Positions 39,831 to 49,334 of a DNA stretch of 64,000 bases are shown here, piece by piece (the stretch's first letter is position 1; every line of letters begins with the position of its first letter). Both the position numbers and the translations under genes were made by a program. The stretch lies in the sequence record DRR378314_135; one strand, written 5' to 3'. The notes beneath the pieces were generated by a model. The model saw only the letters and a list, made by a program, of their open reading frames with translations, did no database searches and was not told the origin of the DNA.

Positions 39831-40253
39831 CTAATTCGGATTGGCTTCCAGAATGGCTTCAAACCGATCCCGCGCACGTTTTGGCAACCCCTCCGGCAGG
39901 CGCTCGGTTGCAACGCCATCCCCCACTTCTATCACCATCACCATACCCATCGAGAAATGCGGAGAACACTTGATCCCGTACCGCCCCGGAGCAGTTAGCA
40001 TCACGGTAAAATCCTCGTTGATCTTACCTTTGAAGGGCGTCGCGTCAGCCGGAATCATACCGTCGATGGTCGCGGCGTTGTGGCTGGGCTGGGTTGGAGT
40101 GAAGCGCACGCTATCACCGGGTGCGATCCGAAGATACGCCGGATCATACAGCATTGCGCCGTGCTCGTTGCGATTGAACATCTGCACCTCATGGATCTCG
40201 GCCAGAGCCGGTGAGGCCAGGAGTATCGCAATCAGGAAGTTGGAAATTTTCAT
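39831..40253 (-). CDS. paz: Pseudoazurin (type-1 blue copper protein)
   Basis: Signal peptide, HEVQMFN, PGDSVRF, SHN and C-SPH-FSMG-M giving the complete His/Cys/His/Met ligand set; ATGA overlap with the upstream ATPase. Confidence 0.9.
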   Translation of the reverse strand: MKISNFLIAILLASPALAEIHEVQMFNRNEHGAMLYDPAYLRIAPGDSVRFTPTQPSHNAATIDGMIPADATPFKGKINEDFTVMLTAPGRYGIKCSPHFSMGMVMVIEVGDGVATERLPEGLPKRARDRFEAILEANPN

Positions 40254-41026
40254 AGATATAAATCCTCGAGACAATGAAAACGGAATATGGTCGCCTGATC
40301 ACCCGGATCACGCAGGCGAGTGGCGCGAATACGGAAAATCTCAGCAAGCCGATCCGGGGTCAGCACGTCGGCAGGCGTACCGCAGGCGACCAGCCGACCG
40401 CCGTCCATGACTCCCAGCCGGTCACATCCCATCGCCTGATTCAGATCGTGCAGGGCCATGACAACGGTAATGGGCAAGCGCCCCACCAACCGCAGCAACG
40501 CCAGTTGATGGTGGATATCCAGATGATTGGTCGGCTCGTCCAGCATCAGCAGCCGGGGGCGTTGCGCCAATGCGCGGGCGATCTGCACACGCTGACGCTC
40601 TCCGCCCGACAAGGTGGACCAGGCACGTCCCGCCATGTCCGCCATGCCGACCGTCTGCAGAGCGTCAGAGACAATGGCAGCGTCCTGAGTATCAAAAGGC
40701 GCAAGAGCCGAAAGCCATGGGGTGCGGCCCAGTGCAACCACATCACGCACGGTCAGGGTTTCGGCCGTATCGGTGATCTGCTCCACAAATGCGAGCTTTC
40801 GGGCCACCTCTCGTCGGGATAGGCTGGCCATGGAACGCCCATCCAGATGCACCTCGCCAAGGGGACGCGACTGAAGGCCCGCCATGAGCCGCAACAAGGT
40901 GGATTTGCCCGACCCGTTGGGCCCGATCAAGCCAAACGTCTCTCCCGGCGCAATGTCCAGAGACACATCCTCGACAATGGGCTGCGCGCCTGTGCGCCAG
41001 CCCAGAGACTTCGCAGTGAGCTTCAT
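40250..41026 (-). CDS. Cobalt/cobalamin-type ABC transporter ATPase (CbtL/BtuD-like)
   Basis: GPNGSGKST, LSGGERQR, DEPTNHLD; downstream of the B12 riboswitch. Confidence 0.88.
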   Translation of the reverse strand: MKLTAKSLGWRTGAQPIVEDVSLDIAPGETFGLIGPNGSGKSTLLRLMAGLQSRPLGEVHLDGRSMASLSRREVARKLAFVEQITDTAETLTVRDVVALGRTPWLSALAPFDTQDAAIVSDALQTVGMADMAGRAWSTLSGGERQRVQIARALAQRPRLLMLDEPTNHLDIHHQLALLRLVGRLPITVVMALHDLNQAMGCDRLGVMDGGRLVACGTPADVLTPDRLAEIFRIRATRLRDPGDQATIFRFHCLEDLYL

Positions 41027-42063
41027 ACCCGTCTCCGGTTGTGGATCAGGATCAGAGCAAATCCCGGCGCTCCCACCAGAGCCGTGACAACGCCGATGGG
41101 TACGACTTGGCCCGGGATCAGCATGCGGGACGCGATATCCGCAACAATCAGGAAGACGGCCCCCGCCAGAGCTGCCGCAGGAACAAGTCGGCTATGACGC
41201 GGCCCCACCACATAACGCATGGCATGCGGAATAACGAGGCCGACAAAACCGATCGACCCCACGAGGCTGACCATAGCCGCCGTCATCAATGTCACCGCTC
41301 CAATCAACACGATCTGGACCCGGCGCACCGGAATGCCCAGCGAGGCGGCAGAGGACGTTCCGAAAGAGAACGCATCCATCGCGCGAGAGAACCAGATGCA
41401 GGTGAAAAAGCCCAGCACAGCAACCGGCACAGCCAGAGACACATCAGGCCAACGCACCCCGGAGAGATTGCCAAGCAGCCAGAACATTATGCCGCGCGCC
41501 TGTTCGGCGTTGGCTGATTTGGCAATCAGAAAGGAGGTCACCGCGTTGAATAGCTGCGAGCCCGCAATGCCCGCCAAAACCAGATGCGCAGGTCCGCCCC
41601 CTGCCGCCCGTGCCAGCGCCGCCACGACAACGAAGGCAAGGCTCGCGCCCAGAAACGAACCTGTGGAAATTCCCAGAACGCCGCCGCCCACACCCAAAAT
41701 CGTCACCGCAACGGCGCCGGCGCCTGCCCCGGCCGAAACCCCCAACAGATAGGGATCAGCCAAGGCGTTGCGCACCAGAGATTGCAGAACAACCCCCGAC
41801 AGCGCCAGCCCAGCTCCGCATGCGGCGGCCACCAATGTACGCGGCAACCGGTAGCTCCAGATGATGCCGGCATCTATGGGGTCCACCATATGTCCAGCAT
41901 CCCAGAGGTTGTTTGCAAAGGCCGCTGCCACCGTTGAGAGTGGGAGCGGTGTCTCGCCGATCACGACACCCGCGAGAACGGCTATCATGAGCACGACCAC
42001 TCCCGGCACGCCCCAAAGCGTGATACGGCGATGCAACATACCTGAAACGGTCGTGTCAGTCAT
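41023..42063 (-). CDS. Cobalt/cobalamin-type ABC permease (CbtK/BtuC-like, FecCD family)
   Basis: RLPR, RNALADPYLLGVS, GSIGFVGLVIPH. Confidence 0.88.
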   Translation of the reverse strand: MTDTTVSGMLHRRITLWGVPGVVVLMIAVLAGVVIGETPLPLSTVAAAFANNLWDAGHMVDPIDAGIIWSYRLPRTLVAAACGAGLALSGVVLQSLVRNALADPYLLGVSAGAGAGAVAVTILGVGGGVLGISTGSFLGASLAFVVVAALARAAGGGPAHLVLAGIAGSQLFNAVTSFLIAKSANAEQARGIMFWLLGNLSGVRWPDVSLAVPVAVLGFFTCIWFSRAMDAFSFGTSSAASLGIPVRRVQIVLIGAVTLMTAAMVSLVGSIGFVGLVIPHAMRYVVGPRHSRLVPAAALAGAVFLIVADIASRMLIPGQVVPIGVVTALVGAPGFALILIHNRRRV

Positions 42064-43069
42064 TTTGGCCCAATGCCGGCAGCGCTTCCGCAAGCGTCTC
42101 CAACGCGGAGATGTTTCGAATGGAGGGATCCATCGCATGGGCATCCAGAACAACGATACGGTCGTTCTTCACCGCATCCATCTGGCTGGCAACGGGATCA
42201 CTGTGCAGGAATTCAAGCTTTTTCTCAACATCATCAGCCTCGAAGCGGCGACGATCCATGCGCGCGACAACGATGACAGATGGGTTTGCACGGGCGATGG
42301 TTTCCCAGCTGACTGTTGGCCACTCCTCGTTGCTTTCGATGACATTGCGCAGACCCAGGGCCTGCATCATGTAGGCCGGAGCCCCTGCCTGGCCTGCGAC
42401 ATAGGGATCGATGTCCATCTCAGCCGAGGAGAACCAGAAAACCGCAGAGCCCTCCGCGAGATCCAGGCCCTGCGCTTTCTCGATTGCGGCAGCTTCACGA
42501 GATTTCAGGCTCTCAACCAGATCGACGCCACGCTCAGGCACATTGAAGATTTGCGCCAGCTCGGCGATCCCCTGATACACGCTGTCCATCGCGTACATTT
42601 CAAGCCGCGTACCGTCCGAGCCTTTGGTGTTGTCTTTGCCGATGCAGTCCGCTGGCAGGACGTAACTTGCGATACCAAGATCCGAGAACTGTTCGCGGGT
42701 GGCAACAATCCCCTGTGGACCTACATGCCATTCGTACTGAACGGTCACCAGATCGGGACGCTGTGCAACCACGCTCTCAAAGCTGGGATCATTGTCCGCC
42801 AGACGCTCGATACCGGCGTTCACCTCTTCGAACTCTGGCAACACCTTGGTGAACCAGACGGACGTTCCGGCGACTTGTTCGCCAAGCCCGAGGGAATACA
42901 AAACCTCAGTCGCGGCCTGCCCCACCGCAACGGTCTTTTCAGGTGCTTTGTCAAACGTCAGCTCGACACCGCAGTTGTCAAGCGTCAGCGGATAAGACGT
43001 CTCCGCATGAACAGAGAGCGCAAAGCTCGCAGCGCCGAAAGTAACGGCGGCCAGTGTTTTCGAATACAT
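42056..43069 (-). CDS. ABC substrate-binding protein, CbtJ-like (cobalt/corrinoid)
   Basis: YPLTLDNCG, LADNDPSFESVV, WHVGPQG, ADC.GKDN resemble rhizobial CbtJ as I recall it; first gene after the riboswitch. Confidence 0.75.
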   Translation of the reverse strand: MYSKTLAAVTFGAASFALSVHAETSYPLTLDNCGVELTFDKAPEKTVAVGQAATEVLYSLGLGEQVAGTSVWFTKVLPEFEEVNAGIERLADNDPSFESVVAQRPDLVTVQYEWHVGPQGIVATREQFSDLGIASYVLPADCIGKDNTKGSDGTRLEMYAMDSVYQGIAELAQIFNVPERGVDLVESLKSREAAAIEKAQGLDLAEGSAVFWFSSAEMDIDPYVAGQAGAPAYMMQALGLRNVIESNEEWPTVSWETIARANPSVIVVARMDRRRFEADDVEKKLEFLHSDPVASQMDAVKNDRIVVLDAHAMDPSIRNISALETLAEALPALGQND

Positions 43070-43249
43070 GGATCAACTCCGGAAGATAATGGACCCGGAG
43101 AAAGCGAGGACATGTCGTTGCACGGCTGAAGCAGAGCGCTGACGGCGAGAGTCGGCGCATATACTCTGGCAATGATCAGCGCCAACGGATCCGCTGACAG
43201 TCTCATTCGACACCTCCCCGGACACCCCGTCCGAGCCAAGTTGCATACA

Positions 43250-43425
43250 GCGTCGGCAGGTCTCCTGACTGGCGCTTCATCACATCAACGGCCTTCCCAC
43301 GGCAAAAGCCGCAGTGGCGGTATCGCTGACGCTCGGCGCCTACAGTTGCGGGGGCAGTTCCGGTTCACTGCATAGACAGTGACGGATTCCCTTTTCATCC
43401 CAGATGGAAACCGACTGCGATGTTG
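43250..43425 (-). ncRNA. Cobalamin (AdoCbl) riboswitch
   Basis: The minus strand has AAAAGGGAA, CTGCCCCCGCAACTGT, GCCACTG...GGGAAGG and the B12 box AGTCAGGAGACCTGCC, in canonical order. Confidence 0.95.
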
Positions 43426-43530
43426 TATGAGCGTCACATGATGATAGCAATACCAATCCGATGACCTACCGGTGATCGAGACGCCGTCAGCGGCCTTTGA
43501 CGACGCATTCAGCGCAGGCCTTGACTGTGA

Positions 43531-44409
43531 CTAGTCGGCTGCAATCAGCAACAGCTCCGCAGTGATGCATATCCGGTTTTCCGCAGTCGCCAGTTGTCCG
43601 GTGGCAAACCGCCCGTCAAATCCGACCGAGGCCGCATGGATTTCCGGCACGTCCCCCGCCTCCAGATGCCCCTGCGTCAGGAGAACTTCGGTTGCATAGC
43701 TCTGTTGACTGGCTTTGCCGTCAGTCTCTGACTGCTCTTTCACAAAACAGGTCCGGATCAAACTGCCAATACCTTCGATGCGCAGGGTCTCCCCCAAACC
43801 TTGGTCTGCCTGCACCGCGTGCGGCAGGAGAAGATCCGGGTCTTCATTCGGCCGGAGCCGACATAGAGCCGCTGCATGCCCCTGCTGATCGCTCACCTTG
43901 GCGCGCGCGACAGGCTCGAACAGATCAAACCCCGTCTCCGGATCCGGGTTCACCACAAACGCGGCACCGGATATACCCCAGCCGTGCGCACGCAGATCTT
44001 CGGAAAGGACAGAATGCGGCGCCAGCATGTGGCCCATGCAAGGTTCCGCCTGCGGTTCGGTCCATATGCCGTGGCAGTGCAGAAACGGTTTGCCTTCCCG
44101 AAGTCCGAGGTGCAGCCCGGCGTCCAGCACAGTAGCCGACCGCATCTGGTAGGTGCGACTGTACCAAGCTGCCCGCCCGTCCCCCGGCGCCACATCCGGA
44201 ATGACATAGCCTAGCCGCTCGAATTGCGCCTCAGACAACCGCAAGTACCCCGCTTCGAAACCGACCGCAGCAAACGCCTCCGCAACCGCTACATCAAAGG
44301 GCACCCCCGCACGCAAGGTCACGGCGAGCGGATGTGCCTGACACGCCTGTGAGTTATAGCGTTCGGGAGCACGTGGCCCCGGATGTTGCAGCCGACGCGC
44401 TTCGGTCAT
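43531..44409 (-). CDS. Tandem PPC/DUF296 (AF0104/ALDC-like) domain protein
   Basis: PFLHCHGIW...GH motif, FVVNPDPETGFDLF linker, second domain RLRPNED...GIGSL; ATGA overlap with the ligase. Confidence 0.7.
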   Translation of the reverse strand: MTEARRLQHPGPRAPERYNSQACQAHPLAVTLRAGVPFDVAVAEAFAAVGFEAGYLRLSEAQFERLGYVIPDVAPGDGRAAWYSRTYQMRSATVLDAGLHLGLREGKPFLHCHGIWTEPQAEPCMGHMLAPHSVLSEDLRAHGWGISGAAFVVNPDPETGFDLFEPVARAKVSDQQGHAAALCRLRPNEDPDLLLPHAVQADQGLGETLRIEGIGSLIRTCFVKEQSETDGKASQQSYATEVLLTQGHLEAGDVPEIHAASVGFDGRFATGQLATAENRICITAELLLIAAD

Positions 44410-46031
44410 TCCACCTGCGCCTTCTGCTGCGAAACAGAGTGCGCCTGTGCCAGATCTCCGCGCTCCTGCAAGGTTTCGCGGATCATCTTCTTGGTGATCT
44501 TTCCATAGGCGCTCTTGGGCATTTCCTGCCAGAACAGCAACTGGCGGGGCATCTTGTAGCGGGCCAATTGCCCATCGAGCCACTCCAACACAGCCTCGAC
44601 TGTCGGGTTTTTTCCCGCCGTCGCGACACAGACTGCAACGCCAACTTCCCCCCAAACTGGATCAGGTACACCCAGAACGGCCACTTCCGAAATGTCGGGA
44701 TGCTCCAGAATCTTCTCCTCGATCTCGCGCGGGTAAATGTTCGATCCCCCGGAGATATACATGTCCGAGGCCCGTCCAGTCAGGTAGACAAAACCCTCCG
44801 CATCCATGTGACCGAGGTCACCGGTCAAAAACCATCCGTTGCGGAAGCTCTTGGCGTTGGCGCCAGGATTGTCGAAATACCCGGCAAAGACCGCGGGGCC
44901 GATCACCGCTATCTCTCCGGTCTCACCAAACGCAACCTCTGTTCCTTCAGCATTCTGGATCTGCACCTGCATTCCTGTACGGGCAAAACCGCAGGTGCCA
45001 ATGCGCATCTGTGCATCCTCCACGAAATGATGGGCTGGCGGCAGCACGGTAATATTGCCGGTGACCTCGCCCAGTCCAAAATACTGAACCAATTTCGGTC
45101 CCAGAACCTGCAGTGCCTTCACCTGATCAGCCCGATACATCGGCGCGCCAGCATAGATCATGTAGCGCAGGCTGGACTGGTCGAAGTCCGCCACTGAAGG
45201 GTGTTCAACCAAGAGCTTCACGATCGTGGGCACGGTAAAGAGGTTTGAGACCTGCCAGTCCTGAACCAGGCGCCAGATCTCGGCCGCGTCGAATTTTTCA
45301 CCGGCAGGCAGGATTGTCTTGGCGCCATGAGCCACCTGCGACAGCTGATGGATGCCCGCCCCGTGGCTAAGCGGCGCCACAACGATAGACGCATCCTCGG
45401 GTCCGGTTCCGGGCATCAGGTCACACAGGTGACTGGTGACCACAAATGCCATTTGCCCATGCGTCAGCACTGCAGCCTTCGGTCGCCCGGTGGTTCCGGA
45501 CGTAAAGAAGAACCAGCAGGGGTCGTCGCGCTCTACTGCGACGGCAGCTGGCGCCTGTCCCATATAGGCCTCGATCAGCCCCTCGTAGTTGTCCCCCAAG
45601 CCGTCACCAATCCCGACGGTGAAAGCCACGTCCTTGCACGCCGTGGCATGATCGGCGAACTCCGCACCGCACAGCAGCCCCTTGGCACCGGAACTTTCAG
45701 CCAGATAGGCAATGTCCTGCGGCGATTGGCGATAGTTCGCAGGCACCCAGATTGCGCCAATCCGCCAGCAGGCGAACATCGCCTCAAACATCTGGTTGTT
45801 GTTGGCCGATTGCACCAGAATGCGATCACCCTTGGTCACTCCGTACCGTCCGCTCAATGCGGCGGCGAAGGCAGCAGAACGCGCTTCCATCTGCGACCAC
45901 GTCCAGTGTCGATCTCCCCAGACAAAGCCGATTTCCCCCGGCAGTCGCCGCGCGGTTTCGCTCAGAAGGTTGGAGAGATTCATCACACGCGTCGAAATCG
46001 ACGTGATGGCAGTGCTGAGGTGCTGGCTCAT
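44406..46031 (-). CDS. Acyl-CoA synthetase (AMP-forming)
   Basis: FTSGTTGRPK, YFGLGE, TGD, R..DMYISGG.NIYPRE, PKS..GK. Confidence 0.93.
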   Translation of the reverse strand: MSQHLSTAITSISTRVMNLSNLLSETARRLPGEIGFVWGDRHWTWSQMEARSAAFAAALSGRYGVTKGDRILVQSANNNQMFEAMFACWRIGAIWVPANYRQSPQDIAYLAESSGAKGLLCGAEFADHATACKDVAFTVGIGDGLGDNYEGLIEAYMGQAPAAVAVERDDPCWFFFTSGTTGRPKAAVLTHGQMAFVVTSHLCDLMPGTGPEDASIVVAPLSHGAGIHQLSQVAHGAKTILPAGEKFDAAEIWRLVQDWQVSNLFTVPTIVKLLVEHPSVADFDQSSLRYMIYAGAPMYRADQVKALQVLGPKLVQYFGLGEVTGNITVLPPAHHFVEDAQMRIGTCGFARTGMQVQIQNAEGTEVAFGETGEIAVIGPAVFAGYFDNPGANAKSFRNGWFLTGDLGHMDAEGFVYLTGRASDMYISGGSNIYPREIEEKILEHPDISEVAVLGVPDPVWGEVGVAVCVATAGKNPTVEAVLEWLDGQLARYKMPRQLLFWQEMPKSAYGKITKKMIRETLQERGDLAQAHSVSQQKAQVE

Positions 46032-47197
46032 TTCACCCGCTCCAGGATCGACACATAGTTGGTCACGGCAGCCCCTCCCATATTGAAGACGCCCGCCAAT
46101 GTTGCATCCCGGATCTGCATATCACCGGCCTCGCCAGCCAATTGCATGGCTGCCATAACATGCATCGACACGCCGGTGGCTCCGATAGGATGCCCCTTGG
46201 ACTTCAATCCACCAGAGGCGTTCACTGGCAGCTTACCATCCTTGCGCGTGATGCCATCGCGGATGACCCGCGCACCCTGCCCGCGTTCGGCGAGCCCCAT
46301 CGCCTCATACTCCAACATTTCGGCAATGGTGAAACAGTCGTGGGTTTCGACCAGAGACAGGTCATCGAGGGTGACGCCCGCCTGTTCGTAGGCAGCCCCC
46401 CATGCGCGACGAGCCCCTGCAAACTCCAGTACATCACGACGCGACAGGGCCATGATCTCATTGGAATGCGTGCGCGCCCGAAACGCGATGGCCCGCTCCA
46501 TCCCGGCCGCTGTCTCGGCATCCGCAAGGATCAGCACCGCTGCCCCATCCGAAACCAGCGAACAGTCCGTGCGTCGCAACGGTCCTGCCACCAACGGATT
46601 CCGGTCAGATATGGTATTGCAAAAATCTGTCCCGAAATCCTTCCGCATATGCGCGAGTGGATTCGACATACCGTTTGCATGGTTCTTCGCGGAAATCATC
46701 GCGAGAGCTTCGCTCTGATCGCCGTATCTCTGGAAATAGCTCCCCGCAATCTGACCAAACAATCCGGCAAAGCCACCCTCGATATCGGCCTCTTCCTTGC
46801 GATAGCTCGCCCCCAATAGGATATCACCCACCTGAGGCGTCGCGGTGGCAGTCATCATTTCCGCCCCCACGACCAATGCGATCCGTCCCCGACCAGCAGC
46901 AATGAAATCAAGCGCACCGTGCAATGCAGCGGATCCAGTCGCACAGGCGTTTTCATAGCGCGTCGCGGGTGTCGCAGCAAAACGCTCGTCTCCCATGGCA
47001 ACCAATGCGCCCTGAAAATCCTGTGCGGAGAAGCCGTTATTGAACACGCCCGCAAAAATTCCGTCCACCTCCTGCGGCAGGAGGCCGGCATGTTCCAGCG
47101 CCTCCGAAACCGCGGCAGCCATCAGAGCCTCGGTGTCTGGCAGCTCGGACTTGCCAAAGCGGGTATGCCCCCACCCCACGATCTGTGCTTCGCTCAT
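46028..47197 (-). CDS. SCP2/SCP-x-type thiolase
   Basis: ENACATG, HDCF, GHPIGATG, FNMGG fingerprints. Confidence 0.88.
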   Translation of the reverse strand: MSEAQIVGWGHTRFGKSELPDTEALMAAAVSEALEHAGLLPQEVDGIFAGVFNNGFSAQDFQGALVAMGDERFAATPATRYENACATGSAALHGALDFIAAGRGRIALVVGAEMMTATATPQVGDILLGASYRKEEADIEGGFAGLFGQIAGSYFQRYGDQSEALAMISAKNHANGMSNPLAHMRKDFGTDFCNTISDRNPLVAGPLRRTDCSLVSDGAAVLILADAETAAGMERAIAFRARTHSNEIMALSRRDVLEFAGARRAWGAAYEQAGVTLDDLSLVETHDCFTIAEMLEYEAMGLAERGQGARVIRDGITRKDGKLPVNASGGLKSKGHPIGATGVSMHVMAAMQLAGEAGDMQIRDATLAGVFNMGGAAVTNYVSILERVK

Positions 47198-47212
47198 CTG
47201 ATCATTTTCCTC

Positions 47213-48058
47213 CTAGTCGGTGCTGCCCGCGCGTCCGGGGCGATCCCCGTAGACCCGGGCCAGCGTTGTCTCGATTGTGGCCGCAGCTTGGCGAAGCTGT
47301 TCGGCCAGTTCAGTCCGGCGAGGTTGCTGCAAGCGGCTTTCGATCGCTGCGAGAGACAGAGCTCCGGCGACGCTTCCATCAGGGCGATGCAGCGCCACAC
47401 CAATACCCCACGAGCCCGGCACAACCAGCCCCGGGTTCAACGCGTAGCCGGTCTGTCGCGTGGCGTGGACTTGGGCACGAATGTCGTCAGCCTTAAGCAT
47501 GGGGAACTCACGTTGCAGAGTGGCAGCATTGGCGTCCAGCGCGGCCTCGACTTCAGCATCGGGCAGCGCCGCAAGAGTCGCCAGTGAACCCGCCCCGACG
47601 CCCAGCGGATGCAATCGTCCGGTCATCAGCGCGTAGGTGCGGATTGGATAGGTGCCTTCCTCGCGGTGCAAGCAGAGCGACGAATAGCCGCGGCGCACTG
47701 ACAGAAACACGGCATCCCCGCAACGTTGCGCCAATTCCGTGAGCGTTTCGAATGACAGCTCCAGGATGCCATGACGATGTGCCGCAAAGGTGCCAAGCAC
47801 ATAGCTCTCCTCGCCGAGGTAATAACGCCGTGTCTCCTGATTCTGCTCAACCATCCCGTTTCGCATCAACGCCAGCAAGAGTCGCCGCACCGTGGGTTTG
47901 TTCAGGCCGCTGTTTGCCACCAGATCGCCCAGACTTGCTCCATCGGCCATACAGCGCCCAACCATACCAAGCAAAGATAGCGCCCGATCCACCGACTGGC
48001 TTCCGGCAGAGGGAGATGAGTCGCGATCTTCGCTTTTAAATTCCATATTATGGACCAC
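47213..48058 (-). CDS. IclR-family transcriptional regulator
   Basis: SQSVDRAL, GLNKPTVRRLL, PLGVGAG, TGYALN. Start may be 48046. Confidence 0.92.
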   Translation of the reverse strand: MVHNMEFKSEDRDSSPSAGSQSVDRALSLLGMVGRCMADGASLGDLVANSGLNKPTVRRLLLALMRNGMVEQNQETRRYYLGEESYVLGTFAAHRHGILELSFETLTELAQRCGDAVFLSVRRGYSSLCLHREEGTYPIRTYALMTGRLHPLGVGAGSLATLAALPDAEVEAALDANAATLQREFPMLKADDIRAQVHATRQTGYALNPGLVVPGSWGIGVALHRPDGSVAGALSLAAIESRLQQPRRTELAEQLRQAAATIETTLARVYGDRPGRAGSTD

Positions 48059-48172
48059 CAGAAGCAGCTACATTCGGTAACAATTCGTCGAACACTCTAT
48101 ATTTGGAACATTTTGGAAGAATATTGCAACTTCTTCTTGTCCATAGGAATAACATTGTTCCATGATATGGAT
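48041..48172. promoter_or_regulatory. Two candidate IclR operators: TTCCATATTATGGAC (48041-48055) and TTCCATGATATGGAT (48158-48172)
   Basis: Near-identical TCCAT-N3-ATGGA palindromes at either end of the iclR/dctP divergent region. Confidence 0.65.
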
Positions 48173-48248
48173 CGAAACATCTCCACTTGCGGGGAAAGAG
48201 GCGTATATCCATCAGCGCGATGCTGACTTAGAGGTCTGGGAGGACGAC

Positions 48249-49253
48249 ATGACATTTTCGAAACTTGGCAAGACGGCGCTGGTGTCGGTGCTTGCTGGCG
48301 CCGTAATGGTCGGCGCGGCGACAGCTGAGACCCTGCGGCTGTCGCACAACACCGGCGACACCACGACATGGCACAAGGGCGCAGAGAAATTCGCGGACCT
48401 GCTGTCGGAGGCAACTGGCGGAAAGCTTGGCGTGCGCGTGTTCCCCAATGCACAGCTTGCGGGTGGCGACCAGATGCGACAGGCAGAAATGGTTGGGCGC
48501 GGCGCGCTGGATCTCGTGGTGACCTCGGCGATCAACGTAACGCCACTGGTGCCGGAAATGGCTGTGTTCTCCCTCCCCTACCTCTATTCCGACTACGCAC
48601 AGGTCGACGCCACGACCCAAGGCGCGCCCGGTGAAGAACTCTCCGAAATCCTTGCGGGCAAGGGCATTGTCGTGCTGGCCTGGGGTGAGAATGGCTTTCG
48701 TGAGGTGACCAACAACAGCCGCCCGATCCACAGCCCGGACGACATGAAAGGCCTCAACATGCGGGTCGCAGGCCCCATGTATATCGACGTTATGAACGCG
48801 CTTGGCGCCAATCCCCAGCAGATGCAGTGGGGCGAGACCATGACAGCATTGCAACAGGGCGTGGTTGACGGTCAGGAAAACCCGATCGGCGCGGTGATCA
48901 TCCCGCAGCAGGTCTACGAAGTGCAAAAATACCTGACCACATGGCACTATTCCTATGATCCGATCTTCATCGGCATCAGCCAGAAGAAGTGGGACGGATA
49001 TGACGCCGACATGCAAGCCACATTGAAGGCCGCCGCCGAAGAGGCGATGAGCTATCAGCGCGAAATCTCGCGCGAGGCGACAGCATCCGGCATCGCATTC
49101 CTGCGGGACAAAGGCATGGAGGTCTATGAACCTTCAGCCGAGGAACTGGCAGCCTTCAAGGCCGCAACGCAACCTGCGTTCGATGAGTGGGCGGCGAAGG
49201 TTGGTACCGATCTGGTGGCAAGCTTCGAGGCTGCCATCGACGGCGCCAAATAA
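48249..49253 (+). CDS. dctP: TRAP transporter substrate-binding protein
   Basis: Signal peptide, FPNAQL, ENGFRE, LNMRV, LQQGVVDGQENP. Confidence 0.93.
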   Translation: MTFSKLGKTALVSVLAGAVMVGAATAETLRLSHNTGDTTTWHKGAEKFADLLSEATGGKLGVRVFPNAQLAGGDQMRQAEMVGRGALDLVVTSAINVTPLVPEMAVFSLPYLYSDYAQVDATTQGAPGEELSEILAGKGIVVLAWGENGFREVTNNSRPIHSPDDMKGLNMRVAGPMYIDVMNALGANPQQMQWGETMTALQQGVVDGQENPIGAVIIPQQVYEVQKYLTTWHYSYDPIFIGISQKKWDGYDADMQATLKAAAEEAMSYQREISREATASGIAFLRDKGMEVYEPSAEELAAFKAATQPAFDEWAAKVGTDLVASFEAAIDGAK

Positions 49254-49283
49254 TCCTGCGGTATTATCCAGTACAAGAACCAA

Positions 49284-49318
49284 CCAATGCGCCGGGCCAA
49301 TACCCCCCGGCGCATTGG
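49284..49318 (+). other. Intercistronic stem-loop between dctP and dctQ
   Basis: CCAATGCGCCGGG...CCCGGCGCATTGG 13-bp stem with no U-tail; probably stabilises the dctP mRNA. Confidence 0.55.
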
Positions 49319-49334
49319 CGATGACGGAGGGGGC

